Source: Octopus bimaculoides
Taxonomy: Eukaryota
Assembly (NCBI RefSeq): GCF_001194135.2
Contig: NC_068999.1
Span: 7,732,266 to 7,796,265, forward strand
Reading direction: 5' to 3'
Length of the DNA: 64,000 nucleotides
Shown: piece by piece, positions 26,351 to 39,723 of the stretch
Layout: the number at the start of each line of letters is the position of its first letter
How positions within the stretch are numbered: position 1 is the first letter of the stretch
The notes under the pieces: model-generated
What the model saw: only the letters and a program-made list of their open reading frames with translations
Databases searched by the model: none
What the model was told of the DNA's origin: nothing
Position numbers and translations under genes: made by a program

Positions 26351-26482
26351 GCATTTCTCCGTCCAGCTGAAAGGTATTATAATATGCTGGAGGTGATCGA
26401 GGCCATTAGAAGTTTGCATAGCAAAAGTTATCCGCTAAGCATTTCTTCCAACGTGCAAACGATTCTCTCAGCTCGCCGCCTC

Positions 26483-26531
<49 letters not shown>

Positions 26532-26569
26532 TTAATAATAATAATAATAATGATAATATTAATAATAAA

Positions 26570-26612
<43 letters not shown>

Positions 26613-26660
26613 TTAATAATAATAAAAAATAATAACAATAATAATAACAATAATAATAAC

Positions 26661-26712
<52 letters not shown>

Positions 26713-26723
26713 TTAATAATAAA

Positions 26724-26768
<45 letters not shown>

Positions 26769-26789
26769 TATGATAATATTAATAATAAA

Positions 26790-26832
<43 letters not shown>

Positions 26833-26880
26833 TTAATAATAATAAAAAATAATAACAATAATAATAACAATAATAATAAC

Positions 26881-26918
<38 letters not shown>

Positions 26919-26930
26919 TAATAATAATAT
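26483..26930. repeat. (AAT)n/(AAC) satellite with a 220-bp higher-order duplication
   Basis: The variant block TGATAATATTAATAATAAAATT recurs at 26551 and 26771 with the same downstream pattern. Confidence 0.85.
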
Positions 26931-27800
26931 TAAATTTTTACAGATTTTGTAATTGAAATCCAAGTTAAATTTTTTCTTGATTTCTGTATCATTTTTAAAA
27001 CAACAAATGGCATCACTTGTGCTTCAGATATCTTCGTTATTTCTGAAAAATGTTCGGATCTCAAGAGTTGTTATCACCTTCTTTGCTTAAAGAAAACAAA
27101 TATTTTTATAAAATCTGTTTTCGCTCTGTTTGTGTCGCTGCTTTTGAAGCAGGCTGATTTAGCCACTGTTACCTATACTTTCTTTTGCATTTCTCCTTCA
27201 TACTGCTGGTGTTGTTGTTGTTGGTGGTGGTGTGTGTGTGTGTGTGTGTGTGCGGGCGCGCATGTGTATGTCTATTACTCACTATTAAATCTCAAACACA
27301 AGTTTCACTCTATTTTTGTAAATTTTTACTCTTGTTTCTCACAGTTTGCTGCCTGGCAATTCTACAAAAATATGATAAGATTAGTCTGGCTTAATATACT
27401 TATACGCTCCATTCTGGATTATTTTNNNNNNNNNNNNNNNNNNNNNNNNNNNNNNNNNNNNNNNNNNNNNNNNNNNNNNNNNNNNNNNNNNNNNNNNNNN
27501 NNNNNNNNNNNNNNNNNNNNNNNNNNNNNNNNNNNNNNNNNNNNNNNNNNNNNNNNNNNNNNNNNNNNNNNNNNNNNNNNNNNNNNNNNNNNNNNNNNNN
27601 NNNNNNNNNNNNNNNNNNNNNNNNNNNNNNNNNNNNNNNNNNNNNNNNNNNNNNNNNNNNNNNNNNNNNNNNNNNNNNNNNNNNNNNNNNNNNNNNNNNN
27701 NNNNNNNNNNNNNNNNNNNNNNNNNNNNNNNNNNNNNNNNNNNNNNNNNNNNNNNNNNNNNNNNNNNNACACACACACACACACACATATATACATATAA

Positions 27801-28035
27801 AAGTCGGTGAGCTGGCAGAAATATTAGCACGCCGGGCGAAATGCTTGTCGGTATTTCGTCTGCCGCTACGTTCTGAGTTCAAATTCCGCCGAGGTTGACT
27901 TTGCCTTTCATCCTTTCGGGGTCGATTAAATAAGTACCAGTTACGCACTGGGGTCAATATAATCGACTTAATCCGTTTGTCTGTCCTTGTTTGTCCTCCT
28001 CTATGTTTAGCCCCTCGTGGGTAGTAAAGAAATAA
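27801..28035 (+). mobile_element. Young full-length SINE-A
   Basis: Closely matches the reverse complement of 23067-23300. Confidence 0.95.
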
Positions 28036-28104
28036 CACACATATACTAGGGGTATGCTGAACAATTCCTGGTTATAAGACTGTCGCAAAAAAGGCCTGGT
28101 TGGA

Positions 28105-28260
28105 AGCCCAACTTTCCGAGTTACAGGGCTGAGAAAGACTGAAGGACCACTGAAATAAGTGTATGAATCTCAGAGGGAAAAAGATATTGAATAAAATCCT
28201 CATTAACTATTCCTCTGGTATTTCGTTTTTCCCAAATCCACGAACTTTTCAGCACCTCGT
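28105..28260 (+). mobile_element. Mariner 3' end
   Basis: *NKCMNLRGK..IE* C-terminus followed by the TIR GAACTTTTCAGCACCTCG. Confidence 0.75.
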
Positions 28261-29595
28261 GTATGTATACATATATATGTGTGTGTGTGAGTGTTTGTGT
28301 GCGAGTGAGTGAGTGAGAAAAAAGAGAGGGTGGTGGGAAGAGTGCCGGGCGAAAGCGAGAAGAATACATACTAGTGTATAAATGTATTCAACGGAACTGG
28401 AAGCAATGAAATTTGAAACGGTCGAAGTTCTCTGGACAACATTCGCCATTTTCTATCCAAAGGATTTTCTTTGAACCAAATATTATTCCATCAAATAATG
28501 ATTTAATACATGCCTTTTCTTAATTACTTATAGCTTAACTCAATTCGATGTTCACTGTTCCAAATAAGTATTCTACCTCACTGTCCCCCCATTTTATAAA
28601 TTCTTATAACGTAAACAATATACAATTGTCGCTGGTAAGAATGCAGTTTCTGAGATAGATAGAAAAATTCGAATAGTTACTTTGGTCAAATGGTAGAAAG
28701 CCTGTTATGTTTACGGATGTTGGGGGTTTTGTCTCCTGGGCCGCTTTCTCTACAAAGGAATTCTTAACCAAGTATGTACGCTGTTTTTTATGACTTGATC
28801 TCCTTTGAGTTTCATCATTCCAAAAAGGACACCTCTTACGTTCTCTCGAAGATTCTAAACTCTCGTGATTTCAAACATGTTTGTATACGTGTGTGTATAT
28901 GTGTGAGTGAGTGAGTGTGTTTGTGTATGTGTGAGCGAATGAGTGAATGTGTTTGTGTGTGCTTGTGTGTATGTGTGTGAGTGGCTGTGCTTGTGTGAGT
29001 GAGTCAGTGCTTGTGTGTGTGTGAGTGAGTGGTTTGTGCGTGTGAGTGTCTGTATATACGAGCAAGCGAGTAGGTTTGTGCGTGTGTTTCTGTGTGTGTA
29101 TATGTATATATGTGTCTGCATTTGTGTATGTGTTTATGTGTGTTTCTGTATGTGTGCACCATAATTTTTAATTTCCTTTCATTACAGTTTATTACTTACG
29201 ATGAGTATTTTTAACTCCATTTGTATCAACTACTAAAATTCAACATTAATTTATATTAATATTCCTTTTCTTCCATTTTGCGGCTGAGTTACCACTTGTT
29301 TTTTTCTGAATTATCGACACCGAGGTATTTTAAATGGCTGTGACATGTTCCTTGTGTGCGGAATGATTGCAATCGTCCGATCGTAATAAAATCAATCAAC
29401 AGACTCCATAACTTTCATATTTAATTTTAAATAACATTTTAAAATTAAAGACTACGTTTTCTTTCTCACCGTCTATTGTCTTGAGATATCAGAAATATAA
29501 TCATAAACTCGTACAAAAATACACGGAAATCCTTGCAAATATAGACACGAATATATAAATACAGTTCTACACACGTGTAGAGTCATGGAGGCAAA

Positions 29596-29648
<53 letters not shown>

Positions 29649-29976
29649 NNNNNNNNNNNNNNNNNNNNNNNNNNNNNNNNNNNNNNNNNNNNNNNNNNNN
29701 NNNNNNNNNNNNNNNNNNNNNNNNNNNNNNNNNNNNNNNNNNNNNNNNNNNNNNNNNNNNNNNNNNNNNNNNNNNNNNNNNNNNNNNNNNNNNNNNNNNN
29801 NNNNNNNNNNNNNNNNNNNNNNNNNNNNNNNNNNNNNNNNNNNNNNNNNNNNNNNNNNNNNNNNNNNNNNNNNNNNNNNNNNNNNNNNNNNNNNNNNNNN
29901 NNNNNNNNNNNNNNNNNNNNNNNNNNNNNNNNNNNNNNNNNNNNNNNNNNNNNNNNNNNNNNNNNNNNNNNNNNNN

Positions 29977-30040
<64 letters not shown>

Positions 30041-30583
30041 CACGAACAAGTGAAGTTCTTCGTTCACATTTCGAATGTATGTTTGTATTTAGCCTGGGGC
30101 TTCAGCTATTATTATCGTGGAAAAAAAATGACGTTTCAAGTTACGCATATTATCAGAAACGATTGTTATTAGAAACCGGAAAATTATCTATATTTTCATC
30201 TATTTTTATTAGCTTATCTACAGAGATCCGTAAATGTCTGTGTAAATTATGTTCCATAAATGTTTTTTTCTGAGCGCTATACTTTGTGTGTCTACATAAA
30301 CATACATACATACAGACAGACATACATATACGTGTCTGTGTGTATATATATATATATATGCACACGGGCACACACATATGTATATATATATATATATGAA
30401 CGTGCATACATACATATTGGAATATATATATATGCGTATTTGTACTTGTAACGGCTATACTGATAAAACAAGTACAGTTCGAATGCTACAGCTACAAATC
30501 TTTTTACCATCTTACATATGATATATGTGTGTGTGTTTAAACATATATGTATATACATATTTAAACACGCACGCGCACATACT

Positions 30584-30623
<40 letters not shown>

Positions 30624-31409
30624 NNNNNNNNNNNNNNNNNNNNNNNNNNNNNNNNNNNNNNNNNNNNNNNNNNNNNNNNNNNNNNNNNNNNNNNNNNNNN
30701 NNNNNNNNNNNNNNNNNNNNNNNNNNNNNNNNNNNNNNNNNNNNNNNNNNNNNNNNNNNNNNNNNNNNNNNNNNNNNNNNNNNNNNNNNNNNNNNNNNNN
30801 NNNNNNNNNNNNNNNNNNNNNNNNNNNNNNNNNNNNNNNNNNNNNNNNNNNNNNNNNNNNNNNNNNNNNNNNNNNNNNNNNNNNNNNNNNNNNNNNNNNN
30901 NNNNNNNNNNNNNNNNNNNNNNNNNNNNNNNNNNNNNNNNNNNNNNNNNNNNNNNNNNNNNNNNNNNNNNNNNNNNNNNNNNNNNNNNNNNNNNNNNNNN
31001 NNNNNNNNNNNNNNNNNNNNNGGCCGGCGTGCTAACGATTCTGCCAGCTCGCCGCCCTGAGAATCTCACAGAATTTTTTTATCATTCAGTCAATAGAAAT
31101 GGCAGAGCACGTGACTTTTTACAGGAACTCAGATATGAATGAAATCTTTTATAGAATCTATATCTTTTTTGCAGATTACGCGAAGAAGCTTACAAAAACG
31201 GTTTAATGCTTTTGCATAGATTTTGTTATTTGTGACGAATATTCTTTCAGGAATAAAAGTGAAACGACACTGACTGCGGAAAAAGACTGAATATCTTGTT
31301 TATTTATTTATTTATTTATTTATTTATTTTAGTAAAACATGTTCACTGAGATAAAACATGATTCACTCACGTTTGCAAACGCATTTAAAATTTCTACGAC
31401 AATGCAAAA

Positions 31410-31585
31410 ACGAAGAAGGGAAAAGTTTGAACATTGGTGTTTGAGAGACTCACCCGAAAATCACTGTAGGAGATATGAGCATTACCAAGTCTATAAAAAT
31501 ATTGATTGGAGTAGAGAACACTTTCCTGTAGAAATTGGATTCAGAGCTTGTTTTGGAACCAGACTTACAGGATGGCTGCTATGAA
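31410..31585 (+). mobile_element. Possible very old RTE remnant
   Basis: EKFEHWCLR, LPSL*KILI and TRLTGWLL in shifting frames loosely follow the RTE C-terminal order. Confidence 0.35.
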
Positions 31586-32894
31586 TCGGCGTGACCGTCA
31601 AGTACACATTATATTGAAACAAATCCAGTTAACAGTCGATAAGATAAGATATTCGATATGGTTGAAAAGGGATAATGGAACCTACCTGCTTATGGAAGTA
31701 ATGATGTAATTATGTAATAAGGTAAACGAGTGAATCAGGTACCTGTTTACATATATGGCAAGTCAGACCTGTATGTCTCCACAATTTGAACGGAGCTGAT
31801 GATCCCGACACAAAATTCTAGTCAGTCGCGCCATTTGTCGTAGGGATCTCTCGTCTGTGTTGGTGGTGGTGGTAGTAGTGGTGATGGTGGTGGTGGTGGT
31901 GGTGGTGGTGGTGGTGGTGAAAGTTTTATTGAGCATCACTTGCCCACAGCTGGAGAATCTAGTATTATGTCTCGGTTGTAAGAAAAATAAACTACTGCAA
32001 AAATCAAATTATAATATGGAAAAATGCAGGAGATTACGTTTCACTTTTCCATTGAACAAATAAAATGTGGTTTGTCTACTTGTGTAATTATCCGAGAGAA
32101 TAATCAACTGGCAAAGGAATGGATAAGGAATTCAAGTGGAGCAAATTGAGTTTCTATTTACTGTTATTATCCTTGTGAATATCGTCTGCATCTGGAAGAA
32201 ATATATTTGTTGAATCAAACCGTTGTATAAACTGTCATCAGATTTTATTCTTTGTTGCATTTCTATAAAACATGGCGTTAGGAATAAAATCGAAAAGTCA
32301 CAAGATGAATTTAGAGCATTATTTCTGAAAGTGAGCAGTTTTCATTGATGACAAGAGAATAAGAAAGTATAATAACCAATCTCTATATAAAACTCGCGGT
32401 CAATAGATGTACATTTAATCTCTCAAGAATCTCTAATCATATGTGTTGATACCACAAAGAATAATTCATAAGGTTCTAATAAATATTCTATTTTCTAAAA
32501 GAAGGGAGAAATATTGCTGCTTGTCCAATTAAAGAAACTATAGAAAAGGTGAACCAAAGAGAATTGGTATAAAATTACTCACTACTACCCAAATAAAATA
32601 GGAAGAGTTCACGCATAGCACTTCTACGTGATTACATACATTATTAGCTTATTAATTTTTAAACCTGATTAAGTGAATATAAGCTGCAAGTTTACCAAGA
32701 TACTTTTGTGTCTTCTCAACAATGAGGACTCTGTGATATAAATTTATATACAAATTATCCAGGAAAATCAGCGATGTATTGAGCGCGCAATACGTGATCC
32801 GCAATGTGGCGAGTGATTACTGTATACCAAAACAATAGAATGTGCGAATATAGGACATAAAAGATTAATAATGAGGGAAAGAATATATGTGGGG

Positions 32895-33125
32895 GGTGTC
32901 TTTGTGTTTCTCCCACCCTCACCATTTTATAGCCGGTACTAGTTTGTTTAAATCCTCGTAACTCAGCTAATCGGAGCAATAAGATCACAGAATGAGCACC
33001 AGATTTAAAAAAAAAAAAAATATTGCCGTCGATTTATTCGACTAAACTCTTGGAAGTGGTGCNNNNNNNNNNAGTGGTGCCCCAGCATGACCGCAGTCAA
33101 ATGACAAAGACGTAAAAGAATACAA
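32895..33125 (+). mobile_element. SINE 3' tail module
   Basis: GTGTTTCTCCC...CGTAACTCAGC...GTCGATTTATTCGACTAAA...CCCCAGCATGACCGCAGTCAAATGAC, homologous to 4021 and 62760. Confidence 0.7.
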
Positions 33126-33949
33126 AATGAAAAAAAAAAAAATCAGTAGCTATTGAAACAGAAGAAGATACAAGAAGACAGTCGAGTTAATGCCGAATGA
33201 AAATTAATCAGAACTTTGCAAGCTAAAACTGTTCTATTAGTTGATAAACTAGTGAGACAAAGGAAAAAAAAGTTATCCAAAATTAGAAACGTGTTTGATA
33301 GATTGGCTGTAGTTATCGAAAAGGTAAACAAACAAAAAAGACACATTTAAAATAATAAATACTTAGAATGCAGACATGACAAATCTCTTAGTAACAGTTG
33401 GAGATAAATTAATAGACAAAATAAAAAACAATTTTTTTTTTTTTTACAAATGGTTTTGAATATAATAAAATAAAAGTATTTCAGCCTCATTACTAAGAGC
33501 AAATATTAGATGAGTGGGTGCGTTGAAAAACATGAACTGTTAATTAGATTATAATTCAACATTTTTTTCCCTTCCTGATTACAGAATCGGATTAATATTG
33601 GAATAACATGATAGAAACGGAAAACGTAAATTGTATATGCGGAGTCATGCGTAAGATACTGCAATATTTACGCCATCAGCTATTTGCTATTTCTATATTT
33701 TATAAATGTCTTTTCAGGAACAGGTGTTGGGCAATCTAAAATTTACACAGACTAATGAGATACAGAGCCTTTATCTTTAGTCTCTTTTTCATGTCTATCC
33801 ACCCAAAATAAAACCAAAGACTGCTAAGTAACATTTTGAAGTACTCTTGGTGACAATGTATATTTACCAATAGTTTAGTACCACAGTATCGACCAAAGCA
33901 TCATATGCTGTTATACACCGCTGATAACAATACGCATACAATTATGTTT

Positions 33950-34090
33950 GACCCAAATTGCTTGACGAAATCGTCTTCCCATCGTCGGGGAGGCTTTCCA
34001 AGTAGCCTTTTCCGCCCTCTTGAATACCACTCGGTAACTGCACGTGTCCACTTGTTGTACTTGAACCTTGCGATATATCCAGTCCGGCGC
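33950..34090 (-). mobile_element. RTE-clade LINE 3' remnant
   Basis: TGYIARFKYNKWTRAVTEWYSRGRKRLLGKPPRRWEDDFVKQFG matches the RTE motif WAGH.AR...RWT..VTEW.PR..KR..GRP..RW.D. Confidence 0.8.
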
Positions 34091-34649
34091 TATCTTAATA
34101 TAATATTCATATTTCAGGAATGTTCTATAATTATATGGCGGGAGATTTATTGTTTTAGTTTCTTTTGAAAAATAGCGAGAGAACTTATGATTATTTAATG
34201 TATAGTTGGTGAAAACTCAACTTAATGCATAAAACATCAATTATGTATGTACCTGATGATAGCATTTCTTTGCAAATTTCATGACTTTTAATATAGTAGA
34301 AATCCTTTTCGTAATTTCATGGTAGTGCATATAGTCAGGAGATATTTCTTGTCTTTCCTCGCTTTTTGTTTTTAATTAATTCAAAATGAATTTTAAATAT
34401 GCATGTAATGAAAGTGCAAGGAACAAAAATGATGTTTACGGATTGAAGGCGAATCTGTGATGTATATTAAACTTAATAAATGGAAATTAATCTTTAATGA
34501 ACTGCATTACAGGTTTTTAAGAATTAAGAAAAGTTTATGTGTTTTGTGAGGCATTTATTTAATGTCTTAAAACATAGAAGCTGGAAAACAGTTTCCACAT
34601 GTATGTTTAGATATTGGTTTCAAATTTTAACCGAAGGAGAAAACTTTTG

Positions 34650-34829
34650 GCGGATAGAGTGAGTCGATTACATCGACCCTTATGTTCAACTGGTAATTAT
34701 TTCATCGAACCCGAAATGATGAAAGGTCAAGTGCAATTCTGTGTAATTTGAACTCACGGCTAAACACGGATGAAACGCCGCTAAGCATCTTGCCCGACGT
34801 GCTAAGGATTCCGCCAGCTCAACGCCTTA
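34650..34829 (-). mobile_element. Diverged SINE-A
   Basis: GTCGATTACATCGACCC...TTTGAACTC...GCTAAGGATTCCGCCAGCTCAACGCCTT. Confidence 0.85.
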
Positions 34830-35153
34830 ATGTTAGTTACTAGACTGATCAATGAAATATATTGTGGCAGTAGTCTTTAGTATAAGGTAACTATATATTG
34901 TGCGCCGCATTAGGCCAATAGCTCAAATGAGGAACAAAGACCAAGAGTGATATATTAGATAGATTTCTTTCACTTTTTGTCATTCGATGGATTGTCGCGA
35001 ATCTTGGGCTCCGTCTTCAAGGATTTTTGTCCAACAAATTGACTACAACACTTATTACTTTTAAGAAATGTTATTTATTTTATCGCTCGCTTTTCGCCGA
35101 ATCACTAAGGTACGAGAACAAGAAAAACCCAACGGTGGTTGTCAAACACAAAG

Positions 35154-35187
<34 letters not shown>

Positions 35188-35597
35188 NNNNNNNNNNNNN
35201 NNNNNNNNNNNNNNNNNNNNNNNNNNNNNNNNNNNNNNNNNNNNNNNNNNNNNNNNNNNNNNNNNNNNNNNNNNNNNNNNNNNNNNNNNNNNNNNNNNNN
35301 NNNNNNNNNNNNNNNNNNNNNNNNNNNNNNNNNNNNNNNNNNNNNNNNNNNNNNNNNNNNNNNNNNNNNNNNNNNNNNNNNNNNNNNNNNNNNNNNNNNN
35401 NNNNNNNNNNNNNNNNNNNNNNNNNNNNNNNNNNNNNNNNNNNNNNNNNNNNNNNNNNNNNNNNNNNNNNNNNNNNNNNNNNNNNNNNNNNNNNNNNNNN
35501 NNNNNNNNNNTATATATATATATATACAGGCATATCAAACACCACATACACACATATATACACATGTATGTGAGAATATATATATATTCTCACACAC

Positions 35598-35666
<69 letters not shown>

Positions 35667-36069
35667 GTGTTTGATATGGCTGGGTGGGTATGCATGTTTG
35701 TATGTCTATATATGTATGTGTTTGTGTATATGTGTGTATGTGCGTTGAAATATTCTACACTAGTTACTGTATATACGTATTCATATTTATAAATCTGGTT
35801 TTATGTTATTCGAAGTACACACATATGCAGGCGCACACACGCTCTTATACACACACACACTCACACACACATAAACACGCACACATACATACAGACACAC
35901 ATATACATATACATGTACACATACATATATTTATGGTACTGAAGAAAACCAAAATTCTGACAATATCCAGCTGTAAACAAAAATTTAAACAAGTATTTAT
36001 CAGTATATGTCTGTGTTTGTTGAACGTGTGTGTGTGTATGTGTGTATGTGTATGTGTGTGTGCGTGTGC

Positions 36070-36101
<32 letters not shown>

Positions 36102-36610
36102 NNNNNNNNNNNNNNNNNNNNNNNNNNNNNNNNNNNNNNNNNNNNNNNNNNNNNNNNNNNNNNNNNNNNNNNNNNNNNNNNNNNNNNNNNNNNNNNNNNN
36201 NNNNNNNNNNNNNNNNNNNNNNNNNNNNNNNNNNNNNNNNNNNNNNNNNNNNNNNNNNNNNNNNNNNNNNNNNNNNNNNNNNNNNNNNNNNNNNNNNNNN
36301 NNNNNNNNNNNNNNNNNNNNNNNNNNNNNNNNNNNNNNNNNNNNNNNNNNNNNNNNNNNNNNNNNNNNNNNNNNNNNNNNNNNNNNNNNNNNNNNNNNNN
36401 NNNNNNNNNNNNNNNNNNNNNNNNNNNNNNNNNNNNNNNNNNNNNNNNNNNNNNNNNNNNNNNNNNNNNNNNNNNNNNNNNNNNNNNNNNNNNNNNNNNN
36501 NNNNNNNTTTTTTTAAAAGTAGCTTTAACCTAAACATGAACTTGCTGACAGCCAAAACTAGTTTAGTTTCTTTAAGTACATCTAACCCCTTTACGCCACT
36601 TGTTCCTTGG

Positions 36611-36930
36611 TCATATTTACCAATTTCTGCCGTAGCCTTTGTCACCTTCTCCACTGTATGGATTAACTGGCCCTGAGGCTAATGCTCCCGCCGATTGCAA
36701 AGCTTTGAGGATTCTTCACTGTTTGGTGTACTCTATTGCTATTCATATTAGAAATAGCTCGGGTCTTCCTTCATATTTACCAATTTCTGCTGTAACCTTT
36801 ATCATCCTCTCCACTGTACGCATTTTAATGGTTCTCCCCGTGATTTGTTCTCTCGTTGATTGCCAAAGCTTAACGATTCCACGGCGGCTGATATTCTCTG
36901 CTGTTATTCATATTGTAAACACTATTACCA
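36611..36930. repeat. Diverged 160-bp tandem duplication
   Basis: TCATATTTACCAATTTCTGC..CTCCACTGTA occurs at 36611 and 36771, and the downstream halves (GATTGC.AAAGCTT...GATTC...TTATTCATATT) also align. Confidence 0.8.
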
Positions 36931-36962
36931 TTACTATTGTTACTGCAATCGTTAATACTGCT

Positions 36963-37210
36963 GAGGCGCGTGGCTTAGTGGTCTGTGTGTTAGCACCATG
37001 ATCGTAAGATTGTGGTTTCGATTCCTGGACCGGGCGACGCGGTGTGTTCTTGAGCAAAACACTTCATTTCACGTTGCTCCAGTCTACTCAGTTGCCAAAA
37101 ATGAGTAACGCTGCGATGGACTGGCGTCGCGTCCAGCTGGGGAACGCATACGCCATTGAAACCGGGAAACTGGGCCCATGAGCCTGGCTAGGCTTTAAAA
37201 GGGCGCATTT
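36963..37210 (+). mobile_element. Full-length SINE-B
   Basis: A box TGGCTTAGTGG, B box GTTTCGATTCC, core GTGTTCTTGAGCAAAACACTTCATTTCACGTTGCTCCAGTCTACTCAG, tail ...GGCTAGGCTTTAAAAGGGCG and a TTA-type end. Confidence 0.93.
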
Positions 37211-37239
37211 ATTTTATTATTATTATCATTACTATCATT

Positions 37240-37655
37240 AGGGCGCCGAGCTAGCAGAATCGTTAGCATACCGGGAAAAATGCTTAACGGCATTGCGTCC
37301 GTCCTTACTTTCTGAGTTCAAATTCCGGCGAGGTCGACTTGGCCTTTTATCCTTTCAATAAATTAAGTACCAGTCAAGTACTGCGCTCCATGTGATCAAC
37401 TTACCCTTCCCCACAAATTTCAGTTTTTGTGTCTGTACTAGAAATGAATCTTCTTCTTATTATTGTTGCTGGACGCGCTGGCAGAATCGTTAGCACGTCG
37501 AACAAAATGCTTAGCGACATTTCGTCCGTCTTTATATGTTCCAAGTTCAAATTCTGCTGAGGTCGACTTTGCCTTTCATACTCACGCGGTCGATAAAACA
37601 AGTGTGTGCCTTTCTGTTTGACAACCGGCGTTAGTTTGTTTGAGCCCCCGTAACT
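37240..37655 (+). mobile_element. Two tandem SINE-A copies
   Basis: Heads at ~37240 and ~37470. The second continues into the start of the long tail module (TTGACAACC...CCCGTAACTTAG). Confidence 0.85.
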
Positions 37656-38189
37656 TAGTGATTTTTCTTTTTCTTCTTCTTCTTCTTCTTCTTCTTATTA
37701 TTATTATTATTATTATTACTATTATTATTATTATTATTGTAGTCTTGTGCAAACATTTGAAACAATTATTATTATTGTTGTTGTTGTTGTTATTAGTAAC
37801 ATTATCATTATCGTTGTCATCGTCATCATCATCATCGTCATTTTTGTTGGTATTTCATTCATAACCGCATCCAGTTTTGCATTTATCGTCGCAAGTACCT
37901 CCGGCCGTTGACTGCATTGATGTAGAATCGGTCCTGTTTGTCCGTGTTTTTCACCAATGAATATTTTAATTGGCACCTAACATCAACAAGCCAAGTACTG
38001 AATGTATAGGCTCCTTAAATATTCTATCAGCAGAGATTCATATCATATTCCGGTTATTGTTCTGAAGAAGACAACGAGCAAATATCAATGACCAATATGG
38101 CGACGACAACGGACAAAAGGAAGCCACTCATACTATAACTATTATCTCCGTCGCTCGCTACTGCTGTAGCTGCTCCTACTACTACTGCT

Positions 38190-38502
38190 TTTGCTGTTTT
38201 GCTATAGTGATAGTGATAATGATGATGATGACGACGATGATGATAATGATGATGATGACGATGACGATGATGATTATAACGATGATGACGATGTTGATGA
38301 TGAAGATGAGGATGACGATGACGACGACGGCCATGATGGTTATAGTGGTGATTCTGGTGTTGGTCGTATCAGGTATGGTAGTGGTGGTGGTAGTGATGGT
38401 GGTGGTAGCGGTGGTAGTGGTGGCGGTGGCGGCGGTGGTAGTGGAAGTTGTTGTGTCACTAATGGCGACGAACGACGAAGTTGAACGACGACGATGTAGT
38501 TC

Positions 38503-38555
<53 letters not shown>

Positions 38556-38568
38556 CATGACGATGATG
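38190..38568. repeat. (GAT)/(GAC)/(GGT) trinucleotide low-complexity tract
   Basis: Directly visible; it runs into an N gap. Confidence 0.9.
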
Positions 38569-39427
38569 NNNNNNNNNNNNNNNNNNNNNNNNNNNNNNNN
38601 NNNNNNNNNNNNNNNNNNNNNNNNNNNNNNNNNNNNNNNNNNNNNNNNNNNNNNNNNNNNNNNNNNNNNNNNNNNNNNNNNNNNNNNNNNNNNNNNNNNN
38701 NNNNNNNNNNNNNNNNNNNNNNNNNNNNNNNNNNNNNNNNNNNNNNNNNNNNNNNNNNNNNNNNNNNNNNNNNNNNNNNNNNNNNNNNNNNNNNNNNNNN
38801 NNNNNNNNNNNNNNNNNNNNNNNNNNNNNNNNNNNNNNNNNNNNNNNNNNNNNNNNNNNNNNNNNNNNNNNNNNNNNNNNNNNNNNNNNNNNNNNNNNNN
38901 NNNNNNNNNNNNNNNNNNNNNNNNNNNNNNNNNNNNNNNNNNNNNNNNNNNNNNNNNNNNNNNNNNNNNNNNNNNNNNNNNNNNNNNNNNNNNNNNNNNN
39001 NNNNNNNNNNNNNNNNNNNNNNNNNNNNNNNNNNNNNNNNNNNNNNNNNNNNNNNNNNNNNNNNNNNNNNNNNNNNNNNNNNNNNNNNNNNNNNNNNNNN
39101 NNNNNNNNNNNNNNNNNNNNNNNNNNNNNNNNNNNNNNNNNNNNNNNNNNNNNNNNNNNNNNNNNNNNNNNNNNNNNNNNNNNNNNNNNNNNNNNNNNNN
39201 NNNNNNNNNNNNNNNNNNNNNNNNNNNNNNNNNNNNNNNNNNNNNNNNNNNNNNNNNNNNNNNNNNNNNNNNNNNNNNNNNNNNNNNNNNNNNNNNNNNN
39301 NNNNNNNNNNNNNNNNNNNNNNNNNNNNNNNNNNNNNNNNNNNNNNNNNNNNNNNNNNNNNNNNNNNNNNNNNNNNNNNNNNNNNNNNNNNNNNNNNNNN
39401 NNNNNNNNNNNNNNNNNNNNNNNNNNN

Positions 39428-39723
39428 TGCACCTAGAGAGTTCCCCTTCGAGGCACAATTACGGGCAAGGCTGTTTATGGAAAACCAGCAGTCCTCCATG
39501 CATACCAGCCTCCCCTCCTCACACCTCCGATGTTATCCAAGGGAAAGGCAAAGGGGCCAATACAGCTTTTGCACCAGTGTCATCGCAACTCATTTCTACT
39601 ACTGAGTGAACTGTAGCAACGTGAAATAAGGCGTCTTACTCAAGAACACAACACAATGCCGGGTCTGGGAATCGTACTCACTACCGCATGATTGTAAGCC
39701 CGATGCTGTAACCACTGAGCCAC
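39428..39723 (-). mobile_element. SINE with B-type head and an alternative tail
   Basis: B head and core (CAACGTGAAATAAGGCGTCTTACTCAAGAACAC) joined to a tail containing CCATAAACAGCCTTGCCCGTAATTGTGCCTCGAAGG, also seen alone near 60190. Confidence 0.8.

Noticed and set aside
37860-37976. Minus-strand frame MPIKIFIGEKHGQTGPILHQCSQRPEVLATINAKLDAVM
   Set aside because: It looks protein-like but is unrecognised and runs straight into triplet repeats. Insufficient evidence.
38191-38484. Asp/Gly-rich 97-aa ORF resembling an acidic or glycine-rich protein
   Set aside because: It is built from GAT/GAC/GGT triplet runs that are open in several frames on both strands, with no splice or homology evidence.
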